Part shown: positions 46,701 through 60,300 of the stretch, piece by piece
Layout: every line of letters starts with the position of its first letter
How positions within the stretch are numbered: position 1 is the stretch's first letter
Assembly: GCA_001599295.1 (NCBI GenBank)
Contig: BCGN01000002.1
Coordinates: forward strand, 1,426,001-1,490,000
Origin: Sporopachydermia quercuum
Taxonomy: Eukaryota
DNA length: 64,000 bases
Reading direction: 5' to 3'
Position numbers and translations under genes: made by a program
The notes under the pieces: model-generated
The model's database searches: none
What the model was told of the DNA's origin: nothing
The model's input: only the letters and a program-made list of their open reading frames with translations

Positions 46701-47529
46701 TGTGCCGTCAATTTCTCAGCTTTATCTCAAACAGCGGTTAGGGTAAATCAGTTGAATTGCGTGAATTTTCTTCTCTTTGATGTAATTAAGAACAACCAGT
46801 TGATAGCAAATTCCGCAACTAATATAATACATATATCTGTGTTGTTCGCTATATTACCGCTGTCATTTAGTGCAAATTCGACAGATAGACTNGATTCAGT
46901 ATGAGATGGTTATAATACAGAAGAGTTTCACGCGTTCAATCAAACGCCTCAGACTCTAGAATTCTAATATATCAAATTATCAAAATAGGTTAATGTGATT
47001 CGATGGCCTGTAAAGGTTAATAGCTAATTTGGAGGATTTAACTTATTAATTGTATTGACATGAGTAAGTAAATAAGAAGAAGAAATGGAATGTCAAAAAA
47101 GTAGGTGAAGAATTGAGACAGGACAGCCGGATATGGGACAAGAACATGATACGGAACGTATATCTGATATTGGACAAATTTCCTGGGTGCCTAAAACTAT
47201 ATGATTATGTAATCATATAAAGCAGAATATACGAGAAACTGGCGAAATCATGTTCATGAATTTATATGATATAATATTATTTGAATTGAAGAAAAGTATA
47301 ATACTTCAGCATAAGCTTGGGATGGAAATGTACCATTCAACAATGGGCATCAGAGTAGCAAATTAAACATAGTATATGACAGAACATCTGGACATGCGTA
47401 CATGGAATAGATAGTTATTGTAGATATATGATTATATAGCCACAGCTGAAAATGAAACAAATCTGATATTCTTAACATTCAATAGAATTATCTGATATCA
47501 CTACAATTCAGTAGAAACACCTGGTAAAC

Positions 47530-49776
47530 CTAAGAATGCTTAGACCTCTTCTTCTTCTTCTTCTTTTTACTCTTCTTACTCACATTAGTATGTGAGTTAT
47601 TATTATTAGCTTGACCATTAGAAGGAGTTGCTTGAATTGTATCCTCATCGCTGACATCGTCATCATTAATTAACAACTTCCCCGTGGGTTCATCATCAAT
47701 TAATTCTCGATTCTTTGAAAGATAAGATACTAGCTCGTCATCACTCTTATCATGGTGTTCAGCATCATTATCACTTGGTGCATCTTCAATAATAGTCTTG
47801 GCTACACCATCAACAGTAACAACACTTTCGAAAAACCCACCAGGAACTGCTTTATAGCTATGCAATCTTGATGAATTTTGAGGCGACATTGCGGGGAATC
47901 TTATTGGTGATGCTCCTGATGATAGGTCNCGGCGGATAGTATTTCCATTACTCTGAAGTGGATGTAAACCAGCATTTCGCAACCGATTGTTATCAATACC
48001 TAAATTAACAGCAGAAGATTCCGTGCCGTGAACTTCAACTTCCATTGATCCATAATCTGTAGGAGGTGTAACATCCAACATTGGACTGTCAGCTCTAATA
48101 GCAGGAATATTGTCATGCTTCAAATCAACAACTCCGTTATGCAAATCGTTCGATTTATTATCATCAATCAGGTCGTGCGATTCAGTATCATCTACATGAG
48201 ATATCTCTGATGTGTTCCTGGCTGAGCCGATGCTATCAGGCTGTTTGATAGTAACAAATTTCTTAGTAGTCATGATTGGATTAGCAGCAGGATTAGATGG
48301 CATCACAATCTTTCCACTCGGCTGATGATGTTCATAATCAGCACCAATTGTACAATGCCCTTTACTTGTTCCTTGTGAAGCAGTGGTTGACTTCTCTTCA
48401 CCTGGTGAAGTAATGATTGATAGCAAGTTATTTGATGGACTTTGAGCACGCGGATGGTGGGTATCAAAATCTGACGATACTTTTGGTGAAGCATTCAAAC
48501 TATGCAGATAAGAACTTATATGTTTAGAAAACGATGAATTTGGTGCTCTTCTGATTTTATTATGAACATCCACATATACATCAGATTCATCAACAATTTC
48601 TTCCCCTATAAGTTCTTCAATAACATCTTCTAATGTTAGAACACCTAATGCTCCAGTTGGTGCACCAGGAGTTTTGGAAACAACAACCATATGAGCCTTA
48701 CCTTCTTGAAAATAATTTAAAATCTTCAAACAGGAAGTATCAGGACCAGTTTCTGGTAAAGTTGCTAAAGGAAATGACGATACAGATAAGCTATCTTCAG
48801 GATCATAAGAAATTAGCACCCTCACTAGAAGCATACCAATAAAATTATATGGCTCATTTGGAACGTGAATAGGGATTCTAGAGTAGCCGGATTTGAAGAT
48901 CTCATCGACTGTTTCTTCATTGAGAATACTATCGGCAGACATGGTATAAGTATCTTCAATTGGAGTCATGATATCTTGCACGTCTTTCTGTTTAAGATCC
49001 AAAACACTAGAAATAATAGTAACTTCGTCTTCATTCAAACGTTCTACACCCATAGTTCTATGAAGGGTAACCAATGTTTTCAAACCTGCTCTTTTATACA
49101 TAGTTCCATGGTCCTCTCCAAGGATATTATCCAATAGTATAGCAATAGGATAAGCAATAGGATACATCAAATACATGAGGGATAAGACAAAAGGCGAGAA
49201 AAAAGCCCCAACCTTCAAACCATATCTGACAGAAACAGACTGAGGAATGACTTCACCAAAAATAACAATTAAAACTGTAGATGATACAACTGCATACCAT
49301 CCACCACCTAAACAACGATCCAATACAATAGGCAGTGTCTCATTAGTTATCACGTTACCTAACAGCAAAGTAACCAGAACCCAATGTTTGCCTTTATTCA
49401 ATAATCTTAAAACACTATCAGCTGCTTTACGTTCAGAAGCATTATCACTTGATCTTTTAACAACTTGAAGATATACTTCATCTTGACCCATGAGACCCAA
49501 TGTCAATCCAGCAAACACACCACCTAACAATACAAGGATAACCGAAACACCTAAATTTATCAAAAAATCACCACCAACAGCATGTTGGCCTGGAGTTGGT
49601 TCNACTGGAGATTCACNCTTAGGTTCCAATAAAATAGTCCTAATAGGATAAGCTAATGTTTGATGAACAAACAAAGGCATAAGAGTGATCCACCAGCGCG
49701 TTGCGCTGGAGCCAACTTTAACCCCAGCACCGCTGATTTTTATATTGTTGTCGCTTCCACCATTTTTGATTGCCAT
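47530..49776 (-). CDS. MAM3: CNNM/DUF21-CBS membrane protein Mam3
   Basis: [45 protein letters not shown] pair ([25 protein letters not shown]), long disordered tail ending in a polybasic run. Confidence 0.94.
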   Translation of the reverse strand: MAIKNGGSDNNIKISGAGVKVGSSATRWWITLMPLFVHQTLAYPIRTILLEPKXESPXEPTPGQHAVGGDFLINLGVSVILVLLGGVFAGLTLGLMGQDEVYLQVVKRSSDNASERKAADSVLRLLNKGKHWVLVTLLLGNVITNETLPIVLDRCLGGGWYAVVSSTVLIVIFGEVIPQSVSVRYGLKVGAFFSPFVLSLMYLMYPIAYPIAILLDNILGEDHGTMYKRAGLKTLVTLHRTMGVERLNEDEVTIISSVLDLKQKDVQDIMTPIEDTYTMSADSILNEETVDEIFKSGYSRIPIHVPNEPYNFIGMLLVRVLISYDPEDSLSVSSFPLATLPETGPDTSCLKILNYFQEGKAHMVVVSKTPGAPTGALGVLTLEDVIEELIGEEIVDESDVYVDVHNKIRRAPNSSFSKHISSYLHSLNASPKVSSDFDTHHPRAQSPSNNLLSIITSPGEEKSTTASQGTSKGHCTIGADYEHHQPSGKIVMPSNPAANPIMTTKKFVTIKQPDSIGSARNTSEISHVDDTESHDLIDDNKSNDLHNGVVDLKHDNIPAIRADSPMLDVTPPTDYGSMEVEVHGTESSAVNLGIDNNRLRNAGLHPLQSNGNTIRXDLSSGASPIRFPAMSPQNSSRLHSYKAVPGGFFESVVTVDGVAKTIIEDAPSDNDAEHHDKSDDELVSYLSKNRELIDDEPTGKLLINDDDVSDEDTIQATPSNGQANNNNSHTNVSKKSKKKKKKKRSKHS

Positions 49777-50771
49777 GTCTATTTGTTTTATTCTTTGCCT
49801 ATTAGCAATGGAAACGAAACCTTCAGTTGGTAATTGAACTTATCAACCAACTGCTTTCAAAAAGTTAGACTGAGTCTCCGTAATCTACTAGCTAGTTTGT
49901 TCCAACTAGCACTTCCTCCACACTTAATACGCGCGAGAATGATGAGTTATCTGGCGAAGAGCTCAAAAAGCTAGGTAACTATACAACAGAATTGAATATT
50001 CACTTCAATACTGCCCAAAAAACAATTCTTAATAAGTATTACTTTAGTATCATCAAAGCTACATTGGAAACCAATGTCCAATAGATTTTATTTTGATTTT
50101 ATTTGGTATACAAGAAAAACAGTTCTGGTTGCTTAAGTGAACAGTAATTGCACTTTTGAGTTTGGAGTTGGTTAAGGGTTATGACGGAGTTTACAATGCA
50201 CTCATCTGCAAGGAAATGTATGTTAGAGGTACTTGGGGAAAACCAGTGCTGTGAGTGAGTGATAAGTAGCAAGATAAATCTTTGAAGAGAAATTGCTTGA
50301 GTTGAAGGTTTGACGCTATGTTCTCCCTTTAGCAAGTAGAAATATCAGAAATTCAAATGAACATTCAATTGAATTGTTATATTATTGTACAACTCTTACA
50401 AATCCTTCCTCAGGCCTATGACGAAGATTAAGCACTCTAAGTCATTTGACTCCAAATTGGGTAGCTTCCAAGGCGAACTCTGCATAGAACTCCAACTTTA
50501 AATTCTCTTTAGAACAAATTTGTTCCACTTTGAACTACGGAGGCAATAGAATATTATTATTTCCGAAATTTATGTTTATGTCTGAACCATCAAAATCCAA
50601 TCAAATATTCCTTTTCCCTTTGAAATTCTTTCAACACCCACTATCATTATCATGTATTCCTATCATGAAGAGCTCAATTTCTATCTTAGTTTTCCCTACT
50701 TTTCAACCTTTGATAGCACTATTCCTGTAACTTATACCCTGTGGCAAGCTCCATCGCTTTTTTCGTAAATA

Positions 50772-53700
50772 ATGGCTTGCCTCAAAGCAACTTCCTCTGT
50801 AAAATTTGGCAGATTTGTCGTTGGAAGATTAAACCCAGCCAAATGTGTCCAGAATCACCCCCGGGAGACCATTAGAGGGATTGTGTCGCAGGGGCGTTTC
50901 TTCTCCATGATAAGAATTGGCGGTTCATCAACAGACTTAAGGACGGTGATGAAAAGTAGTAGGAATGGAGAAAAACTAGGAATTAGAGGAAATCGTGTAG
51001 GAATACTATCGCAATTGAATCATTTAAAAGCTATTAGAATGTGCTCATCTTGCTCTGGATTGGGAGTTACAAAGTAAGTGCTATAAAGGACTAATTTGAT
51101 GCGTACATGGTAAGAGGTAGATTACTTACAATAGGTAATAAATGAATGAATGTCTAAATGAATGGAATTGCTCATTTGTTTCAACTTTAGTTCTGATGCA
51201 GTGATATAAATAGACTGCTTGAATAGATTGCTAGAATTGATAGAATAGCCTGAGCGTTATACTAAGTGGTTATTGCATTTTGATACAATGCTTGCAAGTC
51301 CAAAGCTCTTTTTTGGCGCTTTGGCCATTGCGATCACATCATTGGCAACATTCCCAATACAAAATATGTTGTATCCTTATAAAATACATAACAGCTTAAT
51401 AAGCGCAGGAAATGCTGCTTATTCATATCGAATCTCCTATGGAGCGTTTGATTACAACTCATTGTTTGTTATACCAACAGTAACTGAACCTATACTTACC
51501 TCAATCAAATTATGGATTCTTTGGTCGATTATACTTTTCTTCCTACATTATAAGGACCAGTTACTAACGTTCTTTGTTTAGCGTCCCTCAAAGGGAGATT
51601 TTACCTACCCATGTCAAACCAATTGACTATGATTTAACATTAGAACCAAACTTCAGTGATTTCACCTTCAAAGGTGACTTGACAATTGATTTAGAAGTAA
51701 AGGAATCTAAGGAAACCATCACTTTAAACTCTTTAGAAATTGATGTTCATACTGCTTCAGTTGTCAGTGACAGTGTCGAACAAAAGGCCACTGATATTTC
51801 ATACGATGAAGAACTACAAACTGTCACTTTCAAGTTTGATAAGCCATTGACAGTTGGGGCCAAGACCGCTTTATCTTTAACTTTCACTGGTCAATTAAAC
51901 GATAAAATGNCAGGTTTCTACAGAAGTACTTACACTGACGCCAATGGCGAAACTAAGTATTTGGCTACCACTCAAATGGAACCAACTGATTGTAGAAGAG
52001 CTTTCCCATCTTTTGATGAACCAGCAGTGAAAGCTCATTTCTCTATTACTCTTATCGCTGATAAGAATTTGACCTGCTTATCCAATATGGATGTTAAAGA
52101 GACCAAGGAGTTAGATAATGACAGAAAAGCTGTTGTATTTAATCAAACACCTTTGATGTCTACTTATTTGGTTGCTTTCATTATTGGTGATTTGAAATAT
52201 GTTGAAACAAATGAATTCCGAATCCCTATCAGAGTTTACGCTACTCCTGGTCTTGAAAAACAAGGTAAATTTTCTGTTGAATTGGCAGCTAAGACTCTAG
52301 ATTTCTTTGAAAAGACTTTTGATATTCCATTTCCTTTACCAAAGATGGATATGGTGGCCATTCATGACTTTTCGGCCGGCGCCATGGANAACTGGGGTTT
52401 GATTACTTACAGAGTTGTTGATTTACTTTTTGATGAAGAACATGCTTCTCTATCTACTAAGCAAAGAGTTGCTGAAGTTGTTCAACACGAATTAGCTCAT
52501 CAATGGTTNGGTAATTTGGTTACAATGGACTGGTGGGAAGGTCTTTGGCTCAATGAAGGTTTTGCTACTTGGATGTCGTGGTTCTCTTGTAACGAATTCT
52601 ATCCTGACTGGAAAGTTTGGGAACAATATGTTACTGATAATTTACAATCAGCATTGTCACTCGATGGTTTGAGATCTTCTCATCCTATTGAAGTTCCTGT
52701 TAAAAAAGCCGATGAAATCAATCAAATCTTCGATGCTATTTCATATTCCAAGGGTTCTGCTGTGTTAAAGATGATCTCTGAATATTTAGGTGAAGAAGTG
52801 TTTATTAAAGGTGTTTCCAACTACTTGAAGAAACATTCTTATGGAAATACTCAAACTGGCGATCTTTGGGCTGCTTTAGCTGAAGCCTCTGGTAAAGATA
52901 TTGTTAAAGTTATGGACATTTGGACCAAAAAGGTTGGCTATCCAGTTGTAAGTGTTACTGAAAATCCTGACTCCAATGAAATTGTTGTTAAGCAAAACAG
53001 ATATCTTACTACTGGTGATGTTAAGCCGGAAGAAGATGAAACCATCTATCCTGTTTTCCTAGGATTGAAAACAGCTGATGGTGTCGATGAATCTGTTGTT
53101 TTAGATAAGAGAGAATCCACATACAAACTGAAGGATTTAGATTTTTACAAGATCAATTCTGATCATGCTGGTATCTATCGTACTTCATACCCCAAAGAAA
53201 GATGGGAAAGATTATCTGAAGCTGGTGTTAAGGGCTTATTATCTGTTGAAGACAGAGCTGGTCTTGTTGCTGATATTGGTGCCCTTTCTGTTTCTGGATA
53301 TCAACCCACAGTCAATTTACTATCCCTTGTCTCTCAATGGAAGTCAGAATCACAATTTGTTGTTTGGGACGAAATCACCTCCAGAATTGGTGCTATTAAG
53401 ACTGCTTGGTTATTTGAAGAAGAATCGGTTAAAACTGGGTTAAAGAAGTTCACCCGCGATCTTGTCATCGATAAGGCGAAATCGGTTGGCTGGGATTTCA
53501 AACCAGATGATTCTTTCTTAGATCAACAGTTAAAATCTCTGTTATTTGGCGCTACCGTGGGCTCAGAAGATGAGGAGTTCGTTAAGATTGCTATTGACCA
53601 GTTTAATAAGTACATCGCTGGTGATAAGAAGGCTATTCATCCTAATGTAAGAGGAACTGTTTTTGCTACTGCTATTAAGTATGGAGGAGTCAAAGAATGG

Positions 53701-54183
53701 GATGCATTGTATGAGATTTATAAGAATCCTGTTTCTGTTGATGAAAAGAACACTGCCCTGAGAACTTTAGGTAGATCAAATAAACCTGAATTGATTGAAA
53801 AAACGTTGGGATTATTATTGGATGGCTCTGTTAGACCTCAAGATATTTACCTCCCAATGGTTGGATTACGCGCTCATAAAGAAGGTGTTGTTGCCTTATG
53901 GAAATGGCTCACTGAAAATTGGGATGCTATCTATAAATTATTACCGCCTGGTTTGTCTATGCTTTCTTCTGTTGTTTCAGTATGTACATCTAGTTATACT
54001 ACTAGAGAAGGTGTTGCTGCAATTAATGCTTTCTTCAAAGATAAAAACACCAAAGGTTTTGATCAAGGTCTCGCTCAAAGTCTAGATAGCATCCGCAGTA
54101 AGATTTCATGGGTTGAAAGAGATCGTGATGAGTTGAAATCATGGTTAGCAGATAAGGGATTTCTCAACACCGAGAAGATCTAA
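50772..54183 (+). CDS. APE2: M1 zinc aminopeptidase Ape2; exons 50772-51073 and 51582-54183 (alternative in-frame start at 51039)
   Basis: GAMxN and HELAH...E motifs with an ERAP1-like C-terminus. Intron GTAAGT..TACTAAC..TAG (508 nt) joins the exons in frame (...[12 protein letters not shown]). Confidence 0.9.
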
Positions 54184-54372
54184 TTAGTTGAATATATCGC
54201 ACATACGTAGAGAAGCTGTATAAAACGAAGCGCATGCAAATGCAAATGCAAATATGATGCTAAATGCAAAATATATCATTAGTATTCTTAGTATATTCTC
54301 AGCAAGTGTAACTTAAACAACGAATGACTGTCAAGTATGATATAAATAATAAATCCCCATTAGCAAATGAAA

Positions 54373-56244
54373 CTATTTCATAAAATAGTTACGTAAAACA
54401 ATTGCTTTTGAATATATGTCAGCAACAACCGCATCATTGATCATATCAGTATTCACACCAAATGCTGAAATTAAGTATCCACCACAGATTTTATCAACAT
54501 TGACGACATCGGTATTACTATCATTATCATTATAATTAACATTCTCAATGGTATTCTCAACAGATTTATCACTGTTACCACTGTTATCACTGTTATCATT
54601 CCTATCATTGTCATTATCAATATTGTTATTATCATCTTTCTTAGAGCTATTAGAACTCTTCTTTATAGCAAGTTCAATACGATCTCTATGAAAAGGCATA
54701 CAAGTTCCGGAGCGGAATTTGTTAGTCTTACTAGAATCATTGTATGTAATTCCCAAAGGAGAATTGAACGATTTATAATGAATTTTTGGTTCAAATTTCA
54801 AGCCATCAAGGGGAAATCCAGATGAACCTAATAATCTTGTTTTAATACTATCATCACATCTCTTCGTGAGCTCATTTTTGTATTCGAAGCTATCATAATC
54901 AATCTTACTCTGACCTGTGGAATTAGTTAAGTATTTATATGGTATAGAATACTTCTCAGTTACTCTGATTTCCATAATGTAAACAAAATCCAGCTCAAGA
55001 TTGGTAGCAACATAATCACATAAAGCATTAGCAGCATATCTTATATCATGTTTCTCCAGTAAGATGTGTTCTAATGCTGTAGCCCTGGAATAAAATGCTT
55101 CCGATTCTTCTTTGCCAAACACAAGGGTATCATTTTGGGTATATGAACTTCCTGGTCTGGTATTACCAAATGCAGGTACCTTCTTACCTGGTCTAACGCT
55201 GGTAGCTCTNCCGATAGTTTTGATAAGAGGAGTATTACCTTCATGTTTGGATGTAGCGGAGCCTATTCTATCGATGTTTGTTTCTTCTACAATATCCATA
55301 ATTTCTTGGGCATATTGCTGCATATCTTTAATCATCTCNTCACAATTCTTATTTCTCTCGTGCCTGTCAAAAAGAGCCAATACTCCAATACAACTTGAGC
55401 TCTAATTATGATAATTATGATAAGGAGAAATCGTTAGTTGATTAGGTTTAGATTATAAGATACTCTTTCAGATCTCAAACAATGCTGTGGATGATAAACA
55501 ACCATTTCAATCAAACATACCTTTGTTATCAAAGGAACCCCACAGTAAAAAGTAACAAACAATGAACCTGTAACCAATGGGTTCTTTTTGAATCTCCAGT
55601 CCTTTGCTGTATTTTTTATAAGCATGTAATCTTTTGATAGTATACAGTGAGCATCTAATGAAGCCATTCTAGTACATTTCGTAAAAACGGTTGTTGGTAA
55701 GACTTTGATATTCAATTGTTGAGTTTGAGTGATCAAAGAAATGTTTGCTCCAGCCACGCCATACTTCAAAATCAACTTTCTAACGATACTTGCAAAATGA
55801 TTATCATGATACCTCCATACTTCTTCTGTGAGATAATGTTGAACGTTCTANTAACAATAAGTTAATGACAAAGAGATCCTTGAAGGGAAGAAAAAAAGCG
55901 AAAAATAGCGAAGCTTCACATAAATTATACGCATCAACACTCTCATGTTATAACATCACATACCTTCAAACGAATATATTCATCACAGCTTGATGGTGCC
56001 ATCATCAATCCCTCACAATCACAATTCTTTGGCATAGGAACCTCTGACAAGTTTTTCTTTCTCTGTAAACATGAATTGTTAGAGTACATATATATTAGTG
56101 GGCCTATGCGCAAATGGTGCAACACTATACCGAAGAATACCCATCAGTAAAATGAGCCCAGTTAGGTTCAATATTCTTGAGCAATACTGAGGGATCATGT
56201 TTTCTAATCTTTAAGTCATTAGAACTATCCTTTGATCTGCTCAT
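54373..56244 (-). CDS. Fungal GAF-domain protein; exons 56244-56131, 56062-55964, 55847-55521, 55401-54373 (about 522 aa)
   Basis: GAF signature ASLDAHCILS...DWRFKKNPLVTG..FYCGVPLITK..CIGVLALFD. Three phase-0 introns (GTATAG..CTCTAAC..CAG; GTATGT..CATTAAC..TAG; GTATGT..AACTAAC..TAG) join separate ORF-track fragments in frame. Start codon is less certain. Confidence 0.8.
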
Positions 56245-57373
56245 ATGTAAGGAAAACAGTAATTCACCTTTGTCAGTAACTAATTATTATTGGAATGAGA
56301 TTTATCATTCCCAGCATAAAAGATTGAAGGTCATTCCACTACTTTACAGTGATTTCCAAATTACTTCTATCTCTCAAAGTTATCGCCTGATTCCTGGTGT
56401 CTTTAAGCTCATCATTTTTATTCTGGTGAGCAGAGAATATCTTTATTTGTCGTTTGAATGATTCCAGAAGCATTTTGTCAATAAATGGTCAATTAATCCT
56501 TTGCAGTTGAGTTCTATATTTAAAACTAATAATCTCGATCTCGATCTCAATGATCTATTCACAATACTAGTTTCCTTCTTGCTTTTCAACAAGTCGTTCT
56601 CTAGTGATGAGCAATAGCAATTGTTGTCTGCAGCTAGCCCAGCAAATTACAGCCGAGTTCTACTATGCTTCTATAGATTGCTTAACGTATGCCATGTTGC
56701 CAGAATTTCATCAACCACTTATATTCCCAATAAGAGAAACAGGCAGCACACCAAAAGGAACCTCATTAATAAACTGGACAGGTTAATGGAACAAAAGCAC
56801 ATGAGTTAACAGTTACAAAGATCACAAAACAAATTAAGGTTGACGGATCAAAATCCAAGCCACATCTGGTACTTAGCCACAAAATATATATCCTATTTAG
56901 GCACTATCGGAAAAGATAAAAAGCAATCANTATGTTCTCCGTTTTCTTCTTGGTTTATAATTTCCGATATTGCTTATGCTAACGATAACTCAGCATGCCT
57001 GTGTATCTATCTATCTATCAACAGAGAAGTAGTTGATTAACTAACTGTGTATATAGATGATACAGGAGAAAAATACAATTTGCCCTGTTGTTTATATTAT
57101 GATGTTAATAGGTTACACTCACCAAGAGATTACTGTATTTTTAAGAGTATTAATTGTTTATGAGTTGCTTTGTTGAAAACAACTGTTCAAAACGTTTGTA
57201 TGAACTCGGTAGCTTACCTGATTCATATCGTAGGGTATATCCTATCTATGTAATATATCTACAGATTTATCTATGAAAGTCCACTGTTCAATGATTCAAT
57301 TGAGAACTATTTGACGTATATTGGAGCTATCNAGCATTTAACGATCTGTTGCCTCAATTGCTTCAAAACTACA

Positions 57374-60300
57374 ATGGTCTTCGTCATCAATAGTAACAGT
57401 GAACAAGCATTGACAGAAATCGCTGTGAGTAAAACAGCAACAATCAAAGAACCAACTCAATTGCTAGTTTCTTTCCATGAAAATCGAATATGCAACAGTG
57501 ATGTACTTGTTTGTCCTAACGTGCTGCCAGAAGCAAAAGATGGTGATCTGGCAGAGTTGCAACCTTTAGAAGGCACTGGGAGAAAACTGCTGTTTATTGT
57601 TAAAACAGCCGAAGGAGATTTACTGAAAAAGCTCCCAAATTTCCAAGTAAGTATCCAGTAATGACATGGCATTTTACTTCTTCTTCTCTGATTTTCGCAC
57701 TGACTAACAAATCCCCTGTCTAGATATCTCTACTTGCTGGAAGTTTGCAGGCATTACTTGATCTGACACCTAGAAGCCCTGTTCTGGTGAGACTGAAATC
57801 TCGTGATCAAGAAGAAGCAGATCTAGTAGAAATATACATCCGTGATCTGTATTTAACAAGATACGACCAATGGAGATTGGCACAGCAACTAATAGGCAAT
57901 TGTGTCTACAGAACTCAGAAGATTGTTTTTATGGAATCTATCAGATGTTCTGTTAACGGTGTATTCCGCCGAGGTAAAAAGGTATTCTCTGCTTATATTG
58001 GGAATAAGACAAAAGTCGTTTTCCGCTCAGAATCTGCAAAACTGGTGTTCTTAGTTCAAATGTCTAAAGAAATGTGGGATTTTGAAGAGTCTGGTGATAT
58101 TATCTTTCAGAAGGTCGTCAACTCAATATTTCCTGAAATATTCAAACGCTGGAATGATATTGGTGCTCATCATGTAATCACGATTGTTCTCTTCACTACT
58201 GTTGATATATCTTCCAGCAAGAAGATTGCTGAACTGGGGAGAAGACCTGATCATACAAAGGAATATTTTCGAGTGGTAGTTGACCAGATCCATGTAAATA
58301 GTTGGAGCGATATTATGATATCATTACGGCGAGAGTTTGCTAGATTTGAACGCGATGTTAGAATCCAGAAATCTGGCGATATTTCTGCCATCGAAGGATC
58401 AATCGTTTCTGCTATTAAAGGAAACTTATTAGAAGCAATTAATCTAGCCACCTCATTAGTTGTTGATCATTTCAAGGATCCTGATTTGAGATTGACTAAC
58501 CATCATTTTGTCATCATAACACCAGGGACTGGTATTTTTGACGTTGACTATGATCTTCTTTACCTGACCAGTAAAAAAATGCTGGAGATAGAAGTCGGTG
58601 TTGATATCATTTGTTTAAGCAGACCCCCTTTGCATGTTATACCTTTATTCAGATATCGTGATAAAGATAACAGCTTATGCCATTGTATTCCCAATTGGAT
58701 TGACATATCATACTGGAATGCTGTAGAGAAATTCAGCAGCCAATGGATTCCNCGATGTAAAATATACGAATTGCAAATGATGGGTGTTATGGAAAATGAA
58801 ATGAGTGCTATATCTATAGATAATCTGGCTTTAAGTGACAAAGCACGTACATTGACTGCTGCAATGAATAGTTATGACGAGGATGTGTTTGGAATAGTGA
58901 AGAAGAAAGTGAAAAATGATGCAAGTGAGAAACTATATGAGAAATCTGCTCCAAGCACTGCATCTACAACATCTATTTTGAACTTCACCAATTCAACTGC
59001 TAGTCAAAAACAAAGCAATACCTCTGAAGTCGATTTGACTGATTATAAAGGCTTAAAGCCCACAAGACCTCAAAGCTTGTTAAGCATGGGATTATCTAGA
59101 ATTCCATCAGCTGCTTCAGTGTCAACTACAACCTCAAAGGCATCTTCTACTTTCAGTTCCAATGGCCCTGTTATACATAACAAAGGTATAATGCCAAGTG
59201 TGGTTTCTACCAATCTAGGCTCTCCTGCTTTAGCTGCTACATCAGACGTATTTGGCACTGCTTTTAAAGCCAAGTCCGAGTTATCAGCTAGATCCTTTTT
59301 GCTTCAGTTGCGGGAGAACAAGCATCAGTCTTCANGTTCATCAGAAGATGCTGATGTTCAGGAAGAAGGATTTTCAATCATCAGCTCAAGAACGAGATCG
59401 CCTATGATTTTAAGGAAATCAAGACCTCCCAGTAGAGCAAAAAGTAAACCAGACAGGAAGAGAGTGACAAGCTTTGGTCCTAGGAAACCCTTATCGATGA
59501 ATCACCTGACATCGACAAACACCATGACAATATCTACAGGTGCTGATATGAATATTGAAACGTCTATCAAAGACTCAGAGTATAGAGAACGTGATTCTAA
59601 TAGAAATAGTAAGGCAAACATTTCAGCAAATGGTAAGACCGGGAAGGACACTTATAACTTTGAAACCATGTGGACTATGATAGAAAACCCATCAAGAACT
59701 ATAGATGAACAATTGGTAAGCGTTTTCACCTATGGGAGATGGCAACATACGTTTCCTGATCACGTTAAACGAAGAATAGTCAAATGGAGATCGTTATCAT
59801 CGCCAGCAACCATTCCTATCACTACATCAATATTTCCTATGCCTGACGATTTCCAATTTAACTATACCTTTCAAATCTATGATGTGACTCTGAATCCTGA
59901 TTATATGGATAGAATGACAACCAGAGAGCTTATGCAAGAAATGATAGGCCTGAGACTTATTATGGGGTTCCAAATATGTGTTGGATCATTAGTAAAGAAA
60001 GTAGAAAGCAAGAGAAAACCAGGGGGAAATCCACAAGCCATCTTTACTACTATTCCAAAGGATTACTTTGGATCAAGAATCTATATGGCGCTTGACGATC
60101 AAATCCATAGAATATCTTGCGATTATTATGGCAATATCAATGTTCAGCTATATAAAAGAACTAACGGAACACCTACTAATAAAGTAGATTCGTATCATCC
60201 GTTAATTCGTACAAGGTATAATGAGAATTTCTGGAGAGCTAAGACAGATACTTTCAATAACTTGCCACCGTTAATCAATTGGAACCAGTTTGATCAAATA

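Noticed and set aside
51492..51501. ATACTTACCT matching the 5' end of U1 snRNA
   Set aside because: Lies inside the APE2 intron and is not followed by U1 stem-loop I or an Sm site.
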